Assembly (NCBI GenBank): GCA_020718645.1 | Contig: DYRQ01000002.1 | Coordinates: 4,781-68,780, forward strand | Reading direction: 5' to 3' | Length of the DNA stretch: 64,000 nucleotides | Origin: Verrucomicrobium spinosum | GTDB lineage: Bacteria; Verrucomicrobiota; Verrucomicrobiia; JADLBR01; JAIBCM01 | Shown here: positions 36,316 through 47,175 of the stretch, piece after piece | How positions within the stretch are numbered: position 1 is the stretch's first letter | Layout: each line of letters starts with the position of its first letter | Notes under the pieces: generated by a model | The model's input: the letters and a program-made list of their open reading frames with translations, nothing else | Databases searched by the model: none | What the model was told of the DNA's origin: nothing | Position numbers and translations under genes: made by a program

Positions 36316-38042
36316 GCTTTGAAGAGTTGGCCCATCTTCTGGCCTAACAACTTCGAAGCAAGAAAAAGTGACGCTGCCAAGAAAATCATTGCGAGGACAC
36401 CCAAAGCACAAGCGATGGACGGAGCCGTGGGAGTAATGCGCCCCATGAGCATGTAGATCGCTTTGGTGAGCGGGAAGAAGCGCCACTCCTGGGCGAGAAT
36501 CATGCCGTTGCTGACATCGAGCATGGCGAAGGAAAAAGTCATGATCGTGCCCGCGATCAGATTGGCACTGATGAGGGGGAGCGTGATTTTGAGGATCGTC
36601 TGGAGCGGCGTCGCGCCCATGTTGGCAGAAGCTTCTTCCAGAGAGACGGAGGTCTGTTGCAAGCCTGCATAGGCTGCCCGCACGATGTAAGGCAGGCGGT
36701 GCATCGCGTAAGCGATGACCAAAATCAGAGCGGGGTTGTTGCGCGGATCGAAGACAGAAACCCAGAGGCTGTTGAGCGACTTCCATGCAGGAGCATCCGG
36801 GAAGGGAGAGTGGCTAAAGGCGACATAGTAGGCGAAGGCCATGACGAGACCCGGCAATGCCAATGGCAGCATAGCCAAGACATCGAGCATTTTTTTTCCG
36901 GCAAAATTTTCGCGGGCCAACATGTAGGCCACCGCAATGCCCAGCACGAGGTCGAGGCTAGCAGAGAGCGCGGCGTATTGGAGAGAGTTCTGCATGCTGA
37001 CCACGGTCAGCGGCAGCGAGAAGACTTCCGAAAAAGAGCTGTTCGTCCACTCGGAAGGCATCACGGTCATGAACCACTTCGCCGAGAACGCTTGGATGAT
37101 CACGCCAAAGTGAGGCAGCACTGAGGCGCACAGCAGCAGAGCCACGGCACCCGAAGCAAGCCATCCTGAGAGCGGGGAGAGCGTGGAGATATCTTGGTGC
37201 GAGGCGCTGCGAGCGAGCATGGCGTAGTTGCCTTCGCCCAGTCTTTTGCCGATAAGGAACAGGGCAGATACCACAAAAAGAGTCACCACCACCAAGGCGT
37301 AACCAGCCGGATTATCCGCTTGGGTGACCAAGTTGAAAATCTGGGTGGGCACTGTGGTCATGTAGTCGAACATGAGAGGCACGCCGAGGTCGGTGAAAGC
37401 GGAGACAAATACGATCGAACCACCTGCGAAGATACCGGGCATGGACAGGGGAACGGTGACGGTGCGAAAGATGCGCCAACCGTCGGCGCCCAAGTTGCGG
37501 GCCGCATCTCGGAGGCTGGGATCCACATTGGCCAGAGCCGCCTGCACGCTCAGGAACATGATGGGATAGAGATGCAAAACCTCCAAGATGATGACTCCTA
37601 CAAAGCCACCTTGACCGAACCAATCCGGCGGGTTTTGCAAGTCCACCAAGCCAAGACTGGAGAGAAGGAGGTTGAGGCTACCAAAACGGGCGAGCACTTG
37701 CTTCAAGCCGATCGCTCCGACGAACGGGGGCAGGATCAGGGGCATCAGCAGCAAGGTGCTGTAGAGTGTTTTTCCTGGGAAATTGCATCGCAGGAAGAGG
37801 TAGGCCATGGGCAAGGTAAGCAGCAGGCAGACAGCCGTGCTCCAGCAGGCGATCAGGAAGCTGTTGGCGAAGCAGTCGCGGTAGAAGGGGTTTTCAAAAA
37901 TCAGACGAAAATATTGGAGGGAAAAATGGCTCGAACCATCGGGTGACTCGACGAAGAACGCGCCCCCCAGCACGCTCGTCAGTGGGTAAATCAAAAAAAG
38001 ACCGAAGAAGAGAAAAACGATGGGAAGGAAGATTTTTTTCAT
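36312..38042 (-). CDS. Fe(III)/thiamine-type ABC transporter permease (two fused permease domains, FbpB-like)
   Basis: 576 aa with 12 predicted TM helices and two EAA-like permease motifs. Confidence 0.85.
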   Translation of the reverse strand: MKKIFLPIVFLFFGLFLIYPLTSVLGGAFFVESPDGSSHFSLQYFRLIFENPFYRDCFANSFLIACWSTAVCLLLTLPMAYLFLRCNFPGKTLYSTLLLMPLILPPFVGAIGLKQVLARFGSLNLLLSSLGLVDLQNPPDWFGQGGFVGVIILEVLHLYPIMFLSVQAALANVDPSLRDAARNLGADGWRIFRTVTVPLSMPGIFAGGSIVFVSAFTDLGVPLMFDYMTTVPTQIFNLVTQADNPAGYALVVVTLFVVSALFLIGKRLGEGNYAMLARSASHQDISTLSPLSGWLASGAVALLLCASVLPHFGVIIQAFSAKWFMTVMPSEWTNSSFSEVFSLPLTVVSMQNSLQYAALSASLDLVLGIAVAYMLARENFAGKKMLDVLAMLPLALPGLVMAFAYYVAFSHSPFPDAPAWKSLNSLWVSVFDPRNNPALILVIAYAMHRLPYIVRAAYAGLQQTSVSLEEASANMGATPLQTILKITLPLISANLIAGTIMTFSFAMLDVSNGMILAQEWRFFPLTKAIYMLMGRITPTAPSIACALGVLAMIFLAASLFLASKLLGQKMGQLFKA

Positions 38043-38051
38043 GATCCCACC

Positions 38052-39032
38052 TCACGCATCAAAGTGGCGCACGCGCTCAGCGTCCACACCGAACTTCACA
38101 GTATCGCCCTCGGAGAAATGTCCTGCGGCCCATGCCTTGACCTCCTGTCCCTGCTCGGTGGTGAGCACCATCTGGTTTTTCGCGCCGAGATAGGTGCAGA
38201 GTGTGACCTTGGCCGAAAGACCTGCTCCGGTGGTGGAGACCAACACATTTTCCGGTCGGAACCCCACGATTTTCTTGCTAGCCTGCAAGAGTTGACCCAG
38301 CGCGGAGTCAGCGGGGTAGAGGTTCATTTCACCGATGAAATTGGCGACGAAAGAATTGGCGGGTTGATCGTAGATTTCCTGTGGCGAACCGACTTGCTGG
38401 ATGACCCCAGCATTCATCACCCCGATGCGGCTGGCCAGCGAGAGCGCCTCCTCTTGGTCGTGGGTGACATAGAGACTGCTGACGCGGGTTTTGCGGTGGA
38501 GCCGCTGGATCTCATCGCGCATCTCGATGCGCAGCTTGGCATCCAGATTGCAAAGCGGCTCGTCGAACAGGAGGAGGTCGGGATTCACGACCACGGCGCG
38601 GGCCAGCGCCACGCGCTGTTGCTGACCGCCGGAGAGTTGGGAGGGTTTGCGAGTGGCCAAGTGGGTCATCTTCACCAGATCCATCGCCTCGTTCACGCGG
38701 CGGGTCAACTCGGGCTCGGGCACCTTGCGCACGCGGAGGCCGTAGGCGATGTTTTCAAACACGGTCATGTGGGGCCACACGGCGTAGTTTTGGAAAACCA
38801 AAGCGGTGTTGCGTTCGTGAGGGGGAACGCCGATCATGCGGCGCTCGCCGAAACGAATGTCCCCCTCCTCGGGGTCGTAGAACCCGGCCAGCATACGCAG
38901 GATGGTGGTCTTGCCGCAGCCTGAGGGGCCGAGCAGGAAAAACATTTCGCCAGAGCGGATGTGCAGGTTGGCGCTGTTGACGATAGTGGTCTTGTCGAAG
39001 CGCTTGACGACTTTATCCAAAATAATGTCCAT
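38052..39032 (-). CDS. ABC transporter ATP-binding protein (FbpC/PotA-like) with C-terminal TOBE-like domain
   Basis: The Walker A (GPSGCGKTT), LSGGQQQRVALARA signature and Walker B motifs are present. Confidence 0.9.
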   Translation of the reverse strand: MDIILDKVVKRFDKTTIVNSANLHIRSGEMFFLLGPSGCGKTTILRMLAGFYDPEEGDIRFGERRMIGVPPHERNTALVFQNYAVWPHMTVFENIAYGLRVRKVPEPELTRRVNEAMDLVKMTHLATRKPSQLSGGQQQRVALARAVVVNPDLLLFDEPLCNLDAKLRIEMRDEIQRLHRKTRVSSLYVTHDQEEALSLASRIGVMNAGVIQQVGSPQEIYDQPANSFVANFIGEMNLYPADSALGQLLQASKKIVGFRPENVLVSTTGAGLSAKVTLCTYLGAKNQMVLTTEQGQEVKAWAAGHFSEGDTVKFGVDAERVRHFDA

Positions 39033-39038
39033 AAAATC

Positions 39039-40406
39039 TTACCTCGTTGTGTGCTGGTGCGCTGCTGCCTGCGCGGTGATTTTTTTGTAGCGTGCCACGG
39101 CGTTGGCCATCCACGCATTCGCAGTGCGTCCGGCCCGCAGGCGATCTTTGCGCCAGTAGGCGGCACACTCGAGCGCCTCTGGCTCGGTGATCACCGGGCG
39201 GGTCAACTCGGCCAAAAGCGCCGTCCGCTCTGCCTCTGGGGCGCGGTTGGCAGCCAGCCAGGCCGTGCGTAGGTGATGGTGGACATCCACGATCGTCTGG
39301 CCCATGAGATCGTTGACCACGCTCCACCGTTTTGAGCCCAGCGCGTTATCGTAGTGGAAGCCTTGTTTGGCCGTAAAAGGGTTCAGGGGCACGAGGAGGT
39401 CGCCCATCTCGCTGCTGTAAAGAGACGGGATCACTCCCATGCGAGAGATGCCGTATTTCTTCGGTCCACCAGCAGAACCCACAGGGCGCATCCAGAGTTT
39501 TTGGCCGTCCTCGGACATGACGAAATCCATGAACCGCTGAGCGGTTTCGAGATTGGGTGCGCCTTTGAGGATAGCGATGCCGTCAGGGTTGATGACCGAC
39601 ACGCCTTCGGGGATGAAGAACCGGACATTTTCTTTGCCGAGATACCCTTGTTGCGTGAGACCGTTCAGATCCAGTGCCACGGCGTAGGCGGCATCCCCGC
39701 AGCTCACCTCTTTGGTGGGGGCAGAGCTGGATTGCAAGAACGAGCGCACATTGCCACTGCTGGCATAAATGACCTGCCAACCTTTCTCCCAACCGTAGGC
39801 TTGCAGGATGATCTCGTAGATCATGTGAACGCTGCCGCTTTTGCGGGGGTCGCTGCTGCTGACCCAGTTGCAGAGGCGCGGGTTGCCGAGATCTTCCCAT
39901 GTGGCTACATCGGGCAGGGAGAGAGTTTTCTTCACCCTCGTATTTTCCAAGATTCCAAAAGAAGAGAGAGCCGCACCGTAGAACGCATGATCTTTGTCGG
40001 ACAGTTCGATGCCGAAGACTGTGGCGGGCACTTGGGCTGCAATCGCAGCAGGGAGGGGGTAGGGGAGCAGTTGTCCTTTGCGTTTCTGGTTTTCAAACGG
40101 GTCCATGCCGCCACCAAAAAAAATGTCTATTCCCACGGTAGCGGGATTGGCTTTGAAACCGGCATCGAGAGCCTTTTCGATTTGTGAGGTGCCACCGAGA
40201 TCGCGCCAGCGCACGCGGACATCGGCCCCGTATTTCGCTTGGTGATAAGCGCGGAACGATTCCTCAAACTCCCACTGGATGCCTTCCCAGTGCGGGGAGA
40301 CGATCACCAATTCGTTGTCTGCGCGTAACTGTGCTGTGACAAAGCAGAAGGTGGAGAGGAGAAGGAGAAAAACCCATCCTGATTGGCGGAGAGATGCCAT
40401 TGCCAT
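39039..40406 (-). CDS. ABC transporter substrate-binding protein (family 1, Fe3+-type)
   Basis: It has a signal peptide (MAMASLRQSGWVFLLLLSTFCFVTA) and is the first gene of the binding protein-ATPase-permease operon. Confidence 0.8.
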   Translation of the reverse strand: MAMASLRQSGWVFLLLLSTFCFVTAQLRADNELVIVSPHWEGIQWEFEESFRAYHQAKYGADVRVRWRDLGGTSQIEKALDAGFKANPATVGIDIFFGGGMDPFENQKRKGQLLPYPLPAAIAAQVPATVFGIELSDKDHAFYGAALSSFGILENTRVKKTLSLPDVATWEDLGNPRLCNWVSSSDPRKSGSVHMIYEIILQAYGWEKGWQVIYASSGNVRSFLQSSSAPTKEVSCGDAAYAVALDLNGLTQQGYLGKENVRFFIPEGVSVINPDGIAILKGAPNLETAQRFMDFVMSEDGQKLWMRPVGSAGGPKKYGISRMGVIPSLYSSEMGDLLVPLNPFTAKQGFHYDNALGSKRWSVVNDLMGQTIVDVHHHLRTAWLAANRAPEAERTALLAELTRPVITEPEALECAAYWRKDRLRAGRTANAWMANAVARYKKITAQAAAHQHTTR

Positions 40407-40536
40407 TGTTGCTAGCCTTCGAGGCGGCAGTTGTAAAAACAATTATTATGACAAGTTGTTGACGGTGGTGATGTGGCCTTGGCATGCAAATAACCAGCAT
40501 CGGTCTTGCCACTTGTGAGCGGGTCTGGCAGAGCCA

Positions 40537-41892
40537 GTGGCGATGAATGCCAAGCAACCTCCAACACAGAATACAGGCAGTGATTCAGACCGTGATAGGA
40601 TCGGCGGCAAGATACTCATCGGTTTTGGCATTGGGGTTGTGGCGGGATGTCTTGTTTTGGGTTTGGGCCAACTCTGGCCAGAGGTGCTCACTCTCAGTCG
40701 CCGCTTGAGCCTGGATTGGCTGGATCCATTTTCGCAGATTTTTTTACGCCTGCTTTTTATGGTGGTAGTTCCGCTGGTGTTTTGTTCATTGGCACACGGC
40801 ATCGTGCAGCTCGGCGACTCCAGCAAACTCGGGCCATTGGCTGGGAAGACCGGATTTCTCTTTTTGGTGAACATGGGTGTCGGGGTGTTCTTGGCACTGG
40901 TGGCCATGGGATGGTTGCGGCCCGGGGATTCTTTGTCTCACGCAACTCGTGAGATGCTGATGTCGCAGCTCACCGTGAAAAACAGCGTGATTGCCGAGGC
41001 TAAGATGGCGGGCGATGTGTTTTCGCCTGTTGCGTTGGTGCGCATGTTTTTTCCTCCAAACCTTCTGCGGGCAGTAACGGAATTTGAGGTCATGCCACTG
41101 ATTGTATTTTCCGTGTTAGTGGGTGTCGCTGGCATGCGTCTGCCAGAGCATTCCAGGTCGCGGCTGGTGCGGGGGTTGGAGCTGGGCACCGAGGTCATGA
41201 CAGGAATTGTCGGCTTCGCGATGCGCTTGGCACCCTATGCCATTCCAGCTATGATTTTTTCTCTGATTGTTAAAATCGGTTTTGACATTCTGGCCGCACT
41301 GGCATTTTTTGCGGCGCTTGTTCTGGGGGTCATTGCCCTGCATTTATTTGGCACTATGAGTCTGCTCCTGAAGCTGTTTACTCGACGAAATCCGCTGACA
41401 TTTTTTAGAAGTATCCGACAAGTTTTGATGACGGCATTTGGGACCAGTTCCAGCAACGCCACCCTGCCAGCGTCGCTGGAAGTGGCTCGCGAGAAACTCG
41501 GGATTAAGCCGAGCACGGCAGAATTTGTGCTGCCCTTGGGAGCAATCATGAACATGAGTGGCACAGCGCTCTATGAGGGGAGCGTGGTTCTTTTCATTGC
41601 CCAAGTGTATGGCGTGCAGTTGGGGTTAGCCGAGCAGATCCAGTTACTCACGCTCGCAGTATTGAGCGCGATTGCTGTGGCTGGGATACCGGGAGGTTCG
41701 CTGCCGATGATAGCCGGATTATTACTTACCTTCGGGATACCGCCCGAGGGGTTGGCTATTATTTTTGGGGTAGATCGCCTGCTTGATATGGCTCGAACGA
41801 CATGCAATGTCGGCTGCGATTTAGTGGTGGCCAGCATCGTGGATGAGTGGGGGCACAGGCCGCATGACGGTTCGTGTCAGCCATCTACTTAA
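40537..41892 (+). CDS. Dicarboxylate/amino acid:cation symporter (DAACS / GltP family)
   Basis: It carries the conserved GTSSSNATLP and GAIMNMSGTALYEG motifs. Confidence 0.85.
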   Translation: MAMNAKQPPTQNTGSDSDRDRIGGKILIGFGIGVVAGCLVLGLGQLWPEVLTLSRRLSLDWLDPFSQIFLRLLFMVVVPLVFCSLAHGIVQLGDSSKLGPLAGKTGFLFLVNMGVGVFLALVAMGWLRPGDSLSHATREMLMSQLTVKNSVIAEAKMAGDVFSPVALVRMFFPPNLLRAVTEFEVMPLIVFSVLVGVAGMRLPEHSRSRLVRGLELGTEVMTGIVGFAMRLAPYAIPAMIFSLIVKIGFDILAALAFFAALVLGVIALHLFGTMSLLLKLFTRRNPLTFFRSIRQVLMTAFGTSSSNATLPASLEVAREKLGIKPSTAEFVLPLGAIMNMSGTALYEGSVVLFIAQVYGVQLGLAEQIQLLTLAVLSAIAVAGIPGGSLPMIAGLLLTFGIPPEGLAIIFGVDRLLDMARTTCNVGCDLVVASIVDEWGHRPHDGSCQPST

Positions 41893-41950
41893 ATGCGTGA
41901 AGGTTTTCGCGTTGCAGAGCTGCCGGTTTCTGTTTAAGAGTCGGCACGGA

Positions 41951-42832
41951 ATGGACCTTAAAAAATATCTGACCCTCCGCTTGTCCCAAGTGGACAAAGC
42001 TCTGAACACTCTTTTGCCACCTAAAAAAACCGCGCCTGCTACCATGCATGATGCGATGCGTTACAGCATTTTTGCCGGTGGAAAACGCCTGAGGCCGATC
42101 CTGTGCCTCGCCTCGGCGGAATCTTGTGGTGGAACACCTGAAGCAGCTTTGCCCTTGGCCTGCGCTGTGGAGTGTATTCATACCTACTCGCTGATCCACG
42201 ACGACTTGCCGTGCATGGATGACGATGATTTGCGGCGCGGTCGCCCCACCTCGCATAAAGTCTATGGCGAAGGAGTTGCCGTGCTCGCAGGTGATGCTTT
42301 GTTGACGATCGCTTTCGAGATGGTGGCCAAGGCCAAACCCAGCAAACGCCATCCTGTGTCGGCAATGGTCGCGGAATTGGCCGAGGCGGCTGGAAGCCGT
42401 CAACTCATTGCCGGGCAGGTGATGGATATTGAGAACGAGGGTAAAAAATTTACCCCGGCCAAGTTGCAGTCCATTCACGAACGCAAGACGGGCGCCCTCA
42501 TAGCTGCGTCTCTGCGTCTCGGCGCTATGTCGGCCAACGCCACGCCGAAGCAACTCCAGAGCGTAACGGATTTCGGTTACGCACTCGGTTTGGCTTTCCA
42601 GATCGTGGACGACATTTTGGATATCACGCAGACGAGCGAGCAACTCGGTAAAAGCGCCGGCAAAGATGTCAAAGCTGGGAAAGCTACTTACCCTGCCTTG
42701 ATGGGATTGCCCGGCGCACAGAAAGCCGCGGCTCTGTGGACAAAAAAAGCGCATGACTCGCTCAAGCCTTTTGGATCCAAAGCCGACAGGTTGCATGAGT
42801 TGGCTGCGATGATGCTCGAGAGAAAAAGTTGA
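41951..42832 (+). CDS. ispA: Polyprenyl diphosphate synthase (farnesyl/geranylgeranyl diphosphate synthase)
   Basis: The FARM motif LIHDDLPCMDDDDLRRGRP and the second DDxxD-like motif FQIVDDILD are present. The start is at the internal ATG (MDLKKY). Confidence 0.85.
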   Translation: MDLKKYLTLRLSQVDKALNTLLPPKKTAPATMHDAMRYSIFAGGKRLRPILCLASAESCGGTPEAALPLACAVECIHTYSLIHDDLPCMDDDDLRRGRPTSHKVYGEGVAVLAGDALLTIAFEMVAKAKPSKRHPVSAMVAELAEAAGSRQLIAGQVMDIENEGKKFTPAKLQSIHERKTGALIAASLRLGAMSANATPKQLQSVTDFGYALGLAFQIVDDILDITQTSEQLGKSAGKDVKAGKATYPALMGLPGAQKAAALWTKKAHDSLKPFGSKADRLHELAAMMLERKS

Positions 42833-43455
42833 GTTCGCTCGATTTTTTTTCAGCTCTCACCTCCCTGCCCGGCTTGTTGCATGCCCATACCACGCGGCTG
42901 GTGACGCCGTCCGCGGTGCGTCATGCGGATCATCCTGATCAACTTGGACTATTTCCCGGTGTCCCTGTGGCGTGGAAAACTTGCACTCAGGTGCACGGTG
43001 CAGAGGTCGCAGTCGTTGGCGCGGATTCCCCAGCCGTCACTGCGGAGGTGGATGCCCTGTGCACAGACGAGCCAGGCGTAGCGCTAGGTATTTCAGTCGC
43101 GGATTGCTGCGCAGTTTACATTGCAGATCCAGTTCGCCGCGTGATCGGGTTGGCTCATTCCGGACGCAAAGGTTCGGAACAAAATATTGCGGGGCAGGTG
43201 ATTTCGTTGATGGTCAATCGGTGGGGGAGCAGGCCGTGCGATCTGGTGGTGCAACTGGGGCCGTGCATTCGCCCCCCGCATTACGAGGTAGATTTTGCTA
43301 CCATGATCCGAGAGCAGGTTGCCTGTGCAGGTGTTGTGCACCTTCACGACTGTGGAATATGCACCGCGTCAGATTTGTCCCGTTACTACTCCTACCGTGC
43401 CGAGAAAGGCCAGACAGGGCGGATGATGGCAGCGCTGTGTCTGCACAGCGACTGA
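42829..43455 (+). CDS. pgeF: Peptidoglycan editing factor / purine nucleoside phosphorylase YfiH family (DUF152)
   Basis: The sequence contains GISVADCCAVYIADP...HSGRKG, a C-terminal CTASD region and a YYSYR motif. Confidence 0.85.
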   Translation: MSSLDFFSALTSLPGLLHAHTTRLVTPSAVRHADHPDQLGLFPGVPVAWKTCTQVHGAEVAVVGADSPAVTAEVDALCTDEPGVALGISVADCCAVYIADPVRRVIGLAHSGRKGSEQNIAGQVISLMVNRWGSRPCDLVVQLGPCIRPPHYEVDFATMIREQVACAGVVHLHDCGICTASDLSRYYSYRAEKGQTGRMMAALCLHSD

Positions 43456-43494
43456 GGGGAAGCCTCGTTATAGTGGGCAGAAAGCGGGCAGGTA

Positions 43495-46050
43495 TCAGAG
43501 CACGAAGTTGACCAACTTGTCCGGCACTGCGATCACTTTTCTGGGCGATTTGCCACCCATCTGAGCAACAACTTCAGGACAGGCCAAGGCAAGTTTTTCG
43601 AGTGTGGCTGCATCGGAGCCAGTGGGAACCACGAGGCGGTGCCGGATTTTTCCGTTGAATTGCACCACGATTTCCACGCTTTCTTCTACGAGATATTTGG
43701 GGTCGTGGATAGGCCACGGCACCCAAGCCAAGCTCTGGTCATGTCCGAGGAGGCGCCAGAGTTCTTCTGCTAAATGTGGAGCCAAGGGAGAGAGCAATAT
43801 CACGAAGATCTCAGCGAGGCAGACGGGCAGGGGTTCTCCTGCAGCAACGAGTTTGTTCATCTCGTTGACCCAGACCATGAGCGCGGCGATGGCCGTGTTG
43901 GCGCGCAGGTTTTCGAGGTCGTCAGTGACTTTGGCAATGGCCTGGTGCGTGATCCGCAGAGCGGCCTCGGAAGGCTCACATTTTTTCACATGCGCGTCGA
44001 GCGCATAGCCACCTTCGGCATCTTCGGCAACGAAGAGGCGCCAGGCGCGGGCGAGGAATTTGTGAACGCCGTGGATGCCTTGCATGGACCAAGGCTTGGT
44101 CTGCTCCAGCGGGCCCATGAACATCTCGTAGCAGCGCAGACTGTCAGCACCGTATTCTGCCACGACATCGTCGGGGTTGACGACATTGCCGCGGCTCTTG
44201 GACATTTTTTGTCCGTCCTCGCCAAGGATGAGCCCTTGGTTCACAAGACGCTTGAAAGGTTCGGCGGTGGAGACGAGTCCGAGATCGAAGAGGACTTTGT
44301 GCCAGAATCGGGCGTAAAGCAGGTGCAATACGGCGTGTTCCGTGCCGCCGACATAGAGGTCCACGCCTGTGGTGCCCATCCAGTATTTTTCTTTGGCGCT
44401 ATCGCAAAAAGAAAGCGTGTTGGTGGGGTCTATGTATCGGAGGTAATACCAGCAAGAACCCGCCCATTGCGGCATGGTGTTGGTTTCGCGGGACGATCCA
44501 TCGGGCATCTGGAGCCACTCTGGGGCGCGGGCCAAGGGAGGATCGCCAGTCGGAGTGGGCTTGAAGTCATCTAGGTCAGGAGGGAGAACGGGCAGGGCAT
44601 CCTCAGGCAATGCCGAGTGTTTTCCATCTTTCCAGACAATGGGGAAGGGTTCACCCCAGAAGCGTTGGCGGCTGAAGAGCCAGTCGCGGAGTTTGTAGTT
44701 GACCGTGCTGGCACCGAGGCCTTGTTCCTGAAGCCACGCGGAAATTTTCTTTTTGGCTTCAGTTGTGGTGAGGCCAGAGAGGAAACCGGAATTGACCGAA
44801 ATGCCATCACCGGTGAAGCCGATGCTCTTGTCCTCGCCTTCGGGGCTTTGGACAACGATGCGGACAGGTAGAGAAAATTTCTGGGCGAACTCCAAATCGC
44901 GGCTGTCGTGGGCTGGGACAGCCATGATGGCTCCCGTGCCGTAGCTGGCTAAGACATAGTCGGCGACCCAGACGGGGATTTTCTCACCGTTCACAGGGTT
45001 GATAGCGAAGGCGCCAGTGAAGACGCCAGTTTTGTCTTTGGCTAAATCGGTGCGCTCCAGATCGCTCTTGGCAGCAGCCTGCTTTTGATAGGAGGCGACA
45101 GCGTCCGCTTGGTCGGGGCGGGTGATCGTTGGGATGAGTTTATGCTCGGGTGAGAGCACGAGGTAAGTCGCACCGAACAGGGTGTCAGGGCGAGTGGTAT
45201 AGACTTCAATCACTTCACCAGATTCCATCTGGAAACGGACACGGGCACCCTCGCTGCGACCAATCCAATTGCGCTGCATTTCCTTCAGGGAATCGGTCCA
45301 ATCCAGTGTATCAAGATCATCTAAGAGGCGCTGCGCGTAGGAAGTGATTCTGAGCATCCACTGGCGCATCGGTTTGCGGACGACCGGGAAACCGCCGACT
45401 TCGCTCTTGCCATCAATGACCTCTTCATTGGCGAGCACTGTGCCCAGTTCTGGGCACCAGTTCACAGGAGCTTCAGAGACGAAGGCGAGGCGTTTGGAGT
45501 CTTGGTAATCTCGTTGTGCAGCCGCGTCTAATCCCTGCGGAATGGGGAGGGTTGCGATGGGTTCGGCTTGGTTCGTGTCCGGGTTAAACCAGCTGTTGTA
45601 GAGGCGCAGGAAAATCCATTGAGTCCAGCGGAAGTAATCGGGTGCGGTGGTATTGACCTCGCGATCCCAGTCGTAGCTGAAGCCGAGGGACTGAATCTGG
45701 CGACGGAAGTTGGAGATATTGGCCTCGGTGGTGATACGAGGGTGCTGTCCTGTTTTGATCGCGTATTGTTCCGCAGGCAGACCGAAGGCATCCCAGCCCA
45801 TGGGGTGGAGGACATTGAAGCCCCGCATACGCTGGAAACGGCAGAGGATATCCGTGGCCGTGTAGCCCTCGGGATGTCCGACATGCAGACCAGCGCCGGA
45901 GGGGTAGGGGAACATGTCGAGGATGTAGAGCTTAGGTTTTTCTGAACCGGGCTCGCCGGGGTCGGCGGCGCGGAAGGTGCGATGCTGCAGCCAATGCTGC
46001 TGCCATTTGGGTTCGATCTGATCGAAAGGATAAGCTCTGCGGGTTTCCAT
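43495..46050 (-). CDS. leuS: Leucine--tRNA ligase
   Basis: The HIGH motif (HVGHPEGY) and KMSKS motif (KMSKSRGN) are present and the protein is 851 aa. The start is at METRR (17-codon extension rejected). Confidence 0.95.
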   Translation of the reverse strand: METRRAYPFDQIEPKWQQHWLQHRTFRAADPGEPGSEKPKLYILDMFPYPSGAGLHVGHPEGYTATDILCRFQRMRGFNVLHPMGWDAFGLPAEQYAIKTGQHPRITTEANISNFRRQIQSLGFSYDWDREVNTTAPDYFRWTQWIFLRLYNSWFNPDTNQAEPIATLPIPQGLDAAAQRDYQDSKRLAFVSEAPVNWCPELGTVLANEEVIDGKSEVGGFPVVRKPMRQWMLRITSYAQRLLDDLDTLDWTDSLKEMQRNWIGRSEGARVRFQMESGEVIEVYTTRPDTLFGATYLVLSPEHKLIPTITRPDQADAVASYQKQAAAKSDLERTDLAKDKTGVFTGAFAINPVNGEKIPVWVADYVLASYGTGAIMAVPAHDSRDLEFAQKFSLPVRIVVQSPEGEDKSIGFTGDGISVNSGFLSGLTTTEAKKKISAWLQEQGLGASTVNYKLRDWLFSRQRFWGEPFPIVWKDGKHSALPEDALPVLPPDLDDFKPTPTGDPPLARAPEWLQMPDGSSRETNTMPQWAGSCWYYLRYIDPTNTLSFCDSAKEKYWMGTTGVDLYVGGTEHAVLHLLYARFWHKVLFDLGLVSTAEPFKRLVNQGLILGEDGQKMSKSRGNVVNPDDVVAEYGADSLRCYEMFMGPLEQTKPWSMQGIHGVHKFLARAWRLFVAEDAEGGYALDAHVKKCEPSEAALRITHQAIAKVTDDLENLRANTAIAALMVWVNEMNKLVAAGEPLPVCLAEIFVILLSPLAPHLAEELWRLLGHDQSLAWVPWPIHDPKYLVEESVEIVVQFNGKIRHRLVVPTGSDAATLEKLALACPEVVAQMGGKSPRKVIAVPDKLVNFVL

Positions 46051-46146
46051 AGTCGTAAAGTGGGTGACAATGTGCAGGGCGACAAAAAAATGCAACCGCA
46101 CACTCTCGCATCCGCGCGAGGCACTCTTTGCTGGTTGAGAAAAGGG

Positions 46147-47163
46147 CTAGTGGATTTTTGCAGCCACGATGTGACCGGAGCCCGAACTGGCGATCAGGAT
46201 GCCTGGAGCGATCCAAGTCAAGGCAGAGACAGGGCCCTCGACGGCACCGTCTGCCAAGACCTGATCATGTTTCTCGGGCTGCCACACGGCAAGTCCTCCG
46301 GCACGGTCTCCTGTGGCGAGGAAAGGGGATTTTGGCTCAAACAGCACCTGCTCGACTAACTCTTCGTGCCACTCGAGCATGGCGGGTCGTGTGCCTTCTG
46401 GTCCTGCTCCGGAGCAATCCCATACTACGGGAGTCGTTCCGCCGTTCGTGGCGAGCCAGCGTCCGGTGTGGTCCCAACTGACCGAAGTGACCTTGGCCTC
46501 GTAGCCGCTCATGCGAAGAGGATCAGTGGGTTTTTTCGTGTTGCAGATATGGATGCATTTATCATGGTGCCCGCAGGCGATCCACGGGGATGCTGAGCTA
46601 ACCGACATACAGGCCATGGGGTTCTTAAACTCAAAATGGCGCACCAAGCTGCCCGTGCAGGCCTTCCAGAGAAGCACCCCTTCGTAACCGCCCGTATAAA
46701 ATTCTTGGCCCCCATCTTTCCATTCCAGAGACAGAACATGGCAGGGTCGCTCGGCGAGGACTCTGGCGCATTTTCCATCGGTGTCGTAAAGAGAGATTTT
46801 CTTGCCTGAGGCTAGCGCCAGCAAAGAGTCATCGGGTTGCGAGGATGGAGCCCAAGCCAAGTGATCAGTCCAGCCAGGCATTTCGCGTTCGAGAAGGCAC
46901 GCGCCGGTCGCTGGGTTCCAAAATTTTAAGGTTTTATCTTGTCCGCCAGTGGCGAGGACACTCCCATCAGCTCGCCAGGACGCGCTCGTAGTGCCCAAAC
47001 CGTGGCAGGGCAACTCATGTAACACGCGGCCGGTGTCAGAGCAGAGGATGGAGTTGGAGCCATCCACCGTGACAATGGCGAGGTGTGTCCCGGTGGGGGA
47101 TGGGACGATGCGGGACACGGGCGCATCGAGGCGCAGTTGCCAGAGTTCTTTCCAAGCTGCCAT
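46147..47163 (-). CDS. WD40-repeat protein
   Basis: Multiple WD repeats (GQDKTLKFWN, etc.) in 338 aa. Confidence 0.7.
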   Translation of the reverse strand: MAAWKELWQLRLDAPVSRIVPSPTGTHLAIVTVDGSNSILCSDTGRVLHELPCHGLGTTSASWRADGSVLATGGQDKTLKFWNPATGACLLEREMPGWTDHLAWAPSSQPDDSLLALASGKKISLYDTDGKCARVLAERPCHVLSLEWKDGGQEFYTGGYEGVLLWKACTGSLVRHFEFKNPMACMSVSSASPWIACGHHDKCIHICNTKKPTDPLRMSGYEAKVTSVSWDHTGRWLATNGGTTPVVWDCSGAGPEGTRPAMLEWHEELVEQVLFEPKSPFLATGDRAGGLAVWQPEKHDQVLADGAVEGPVSALTWIAPGILIASSGSGHIVAAKIH

Positions 47164-47175
47164 AATTGATTCGGG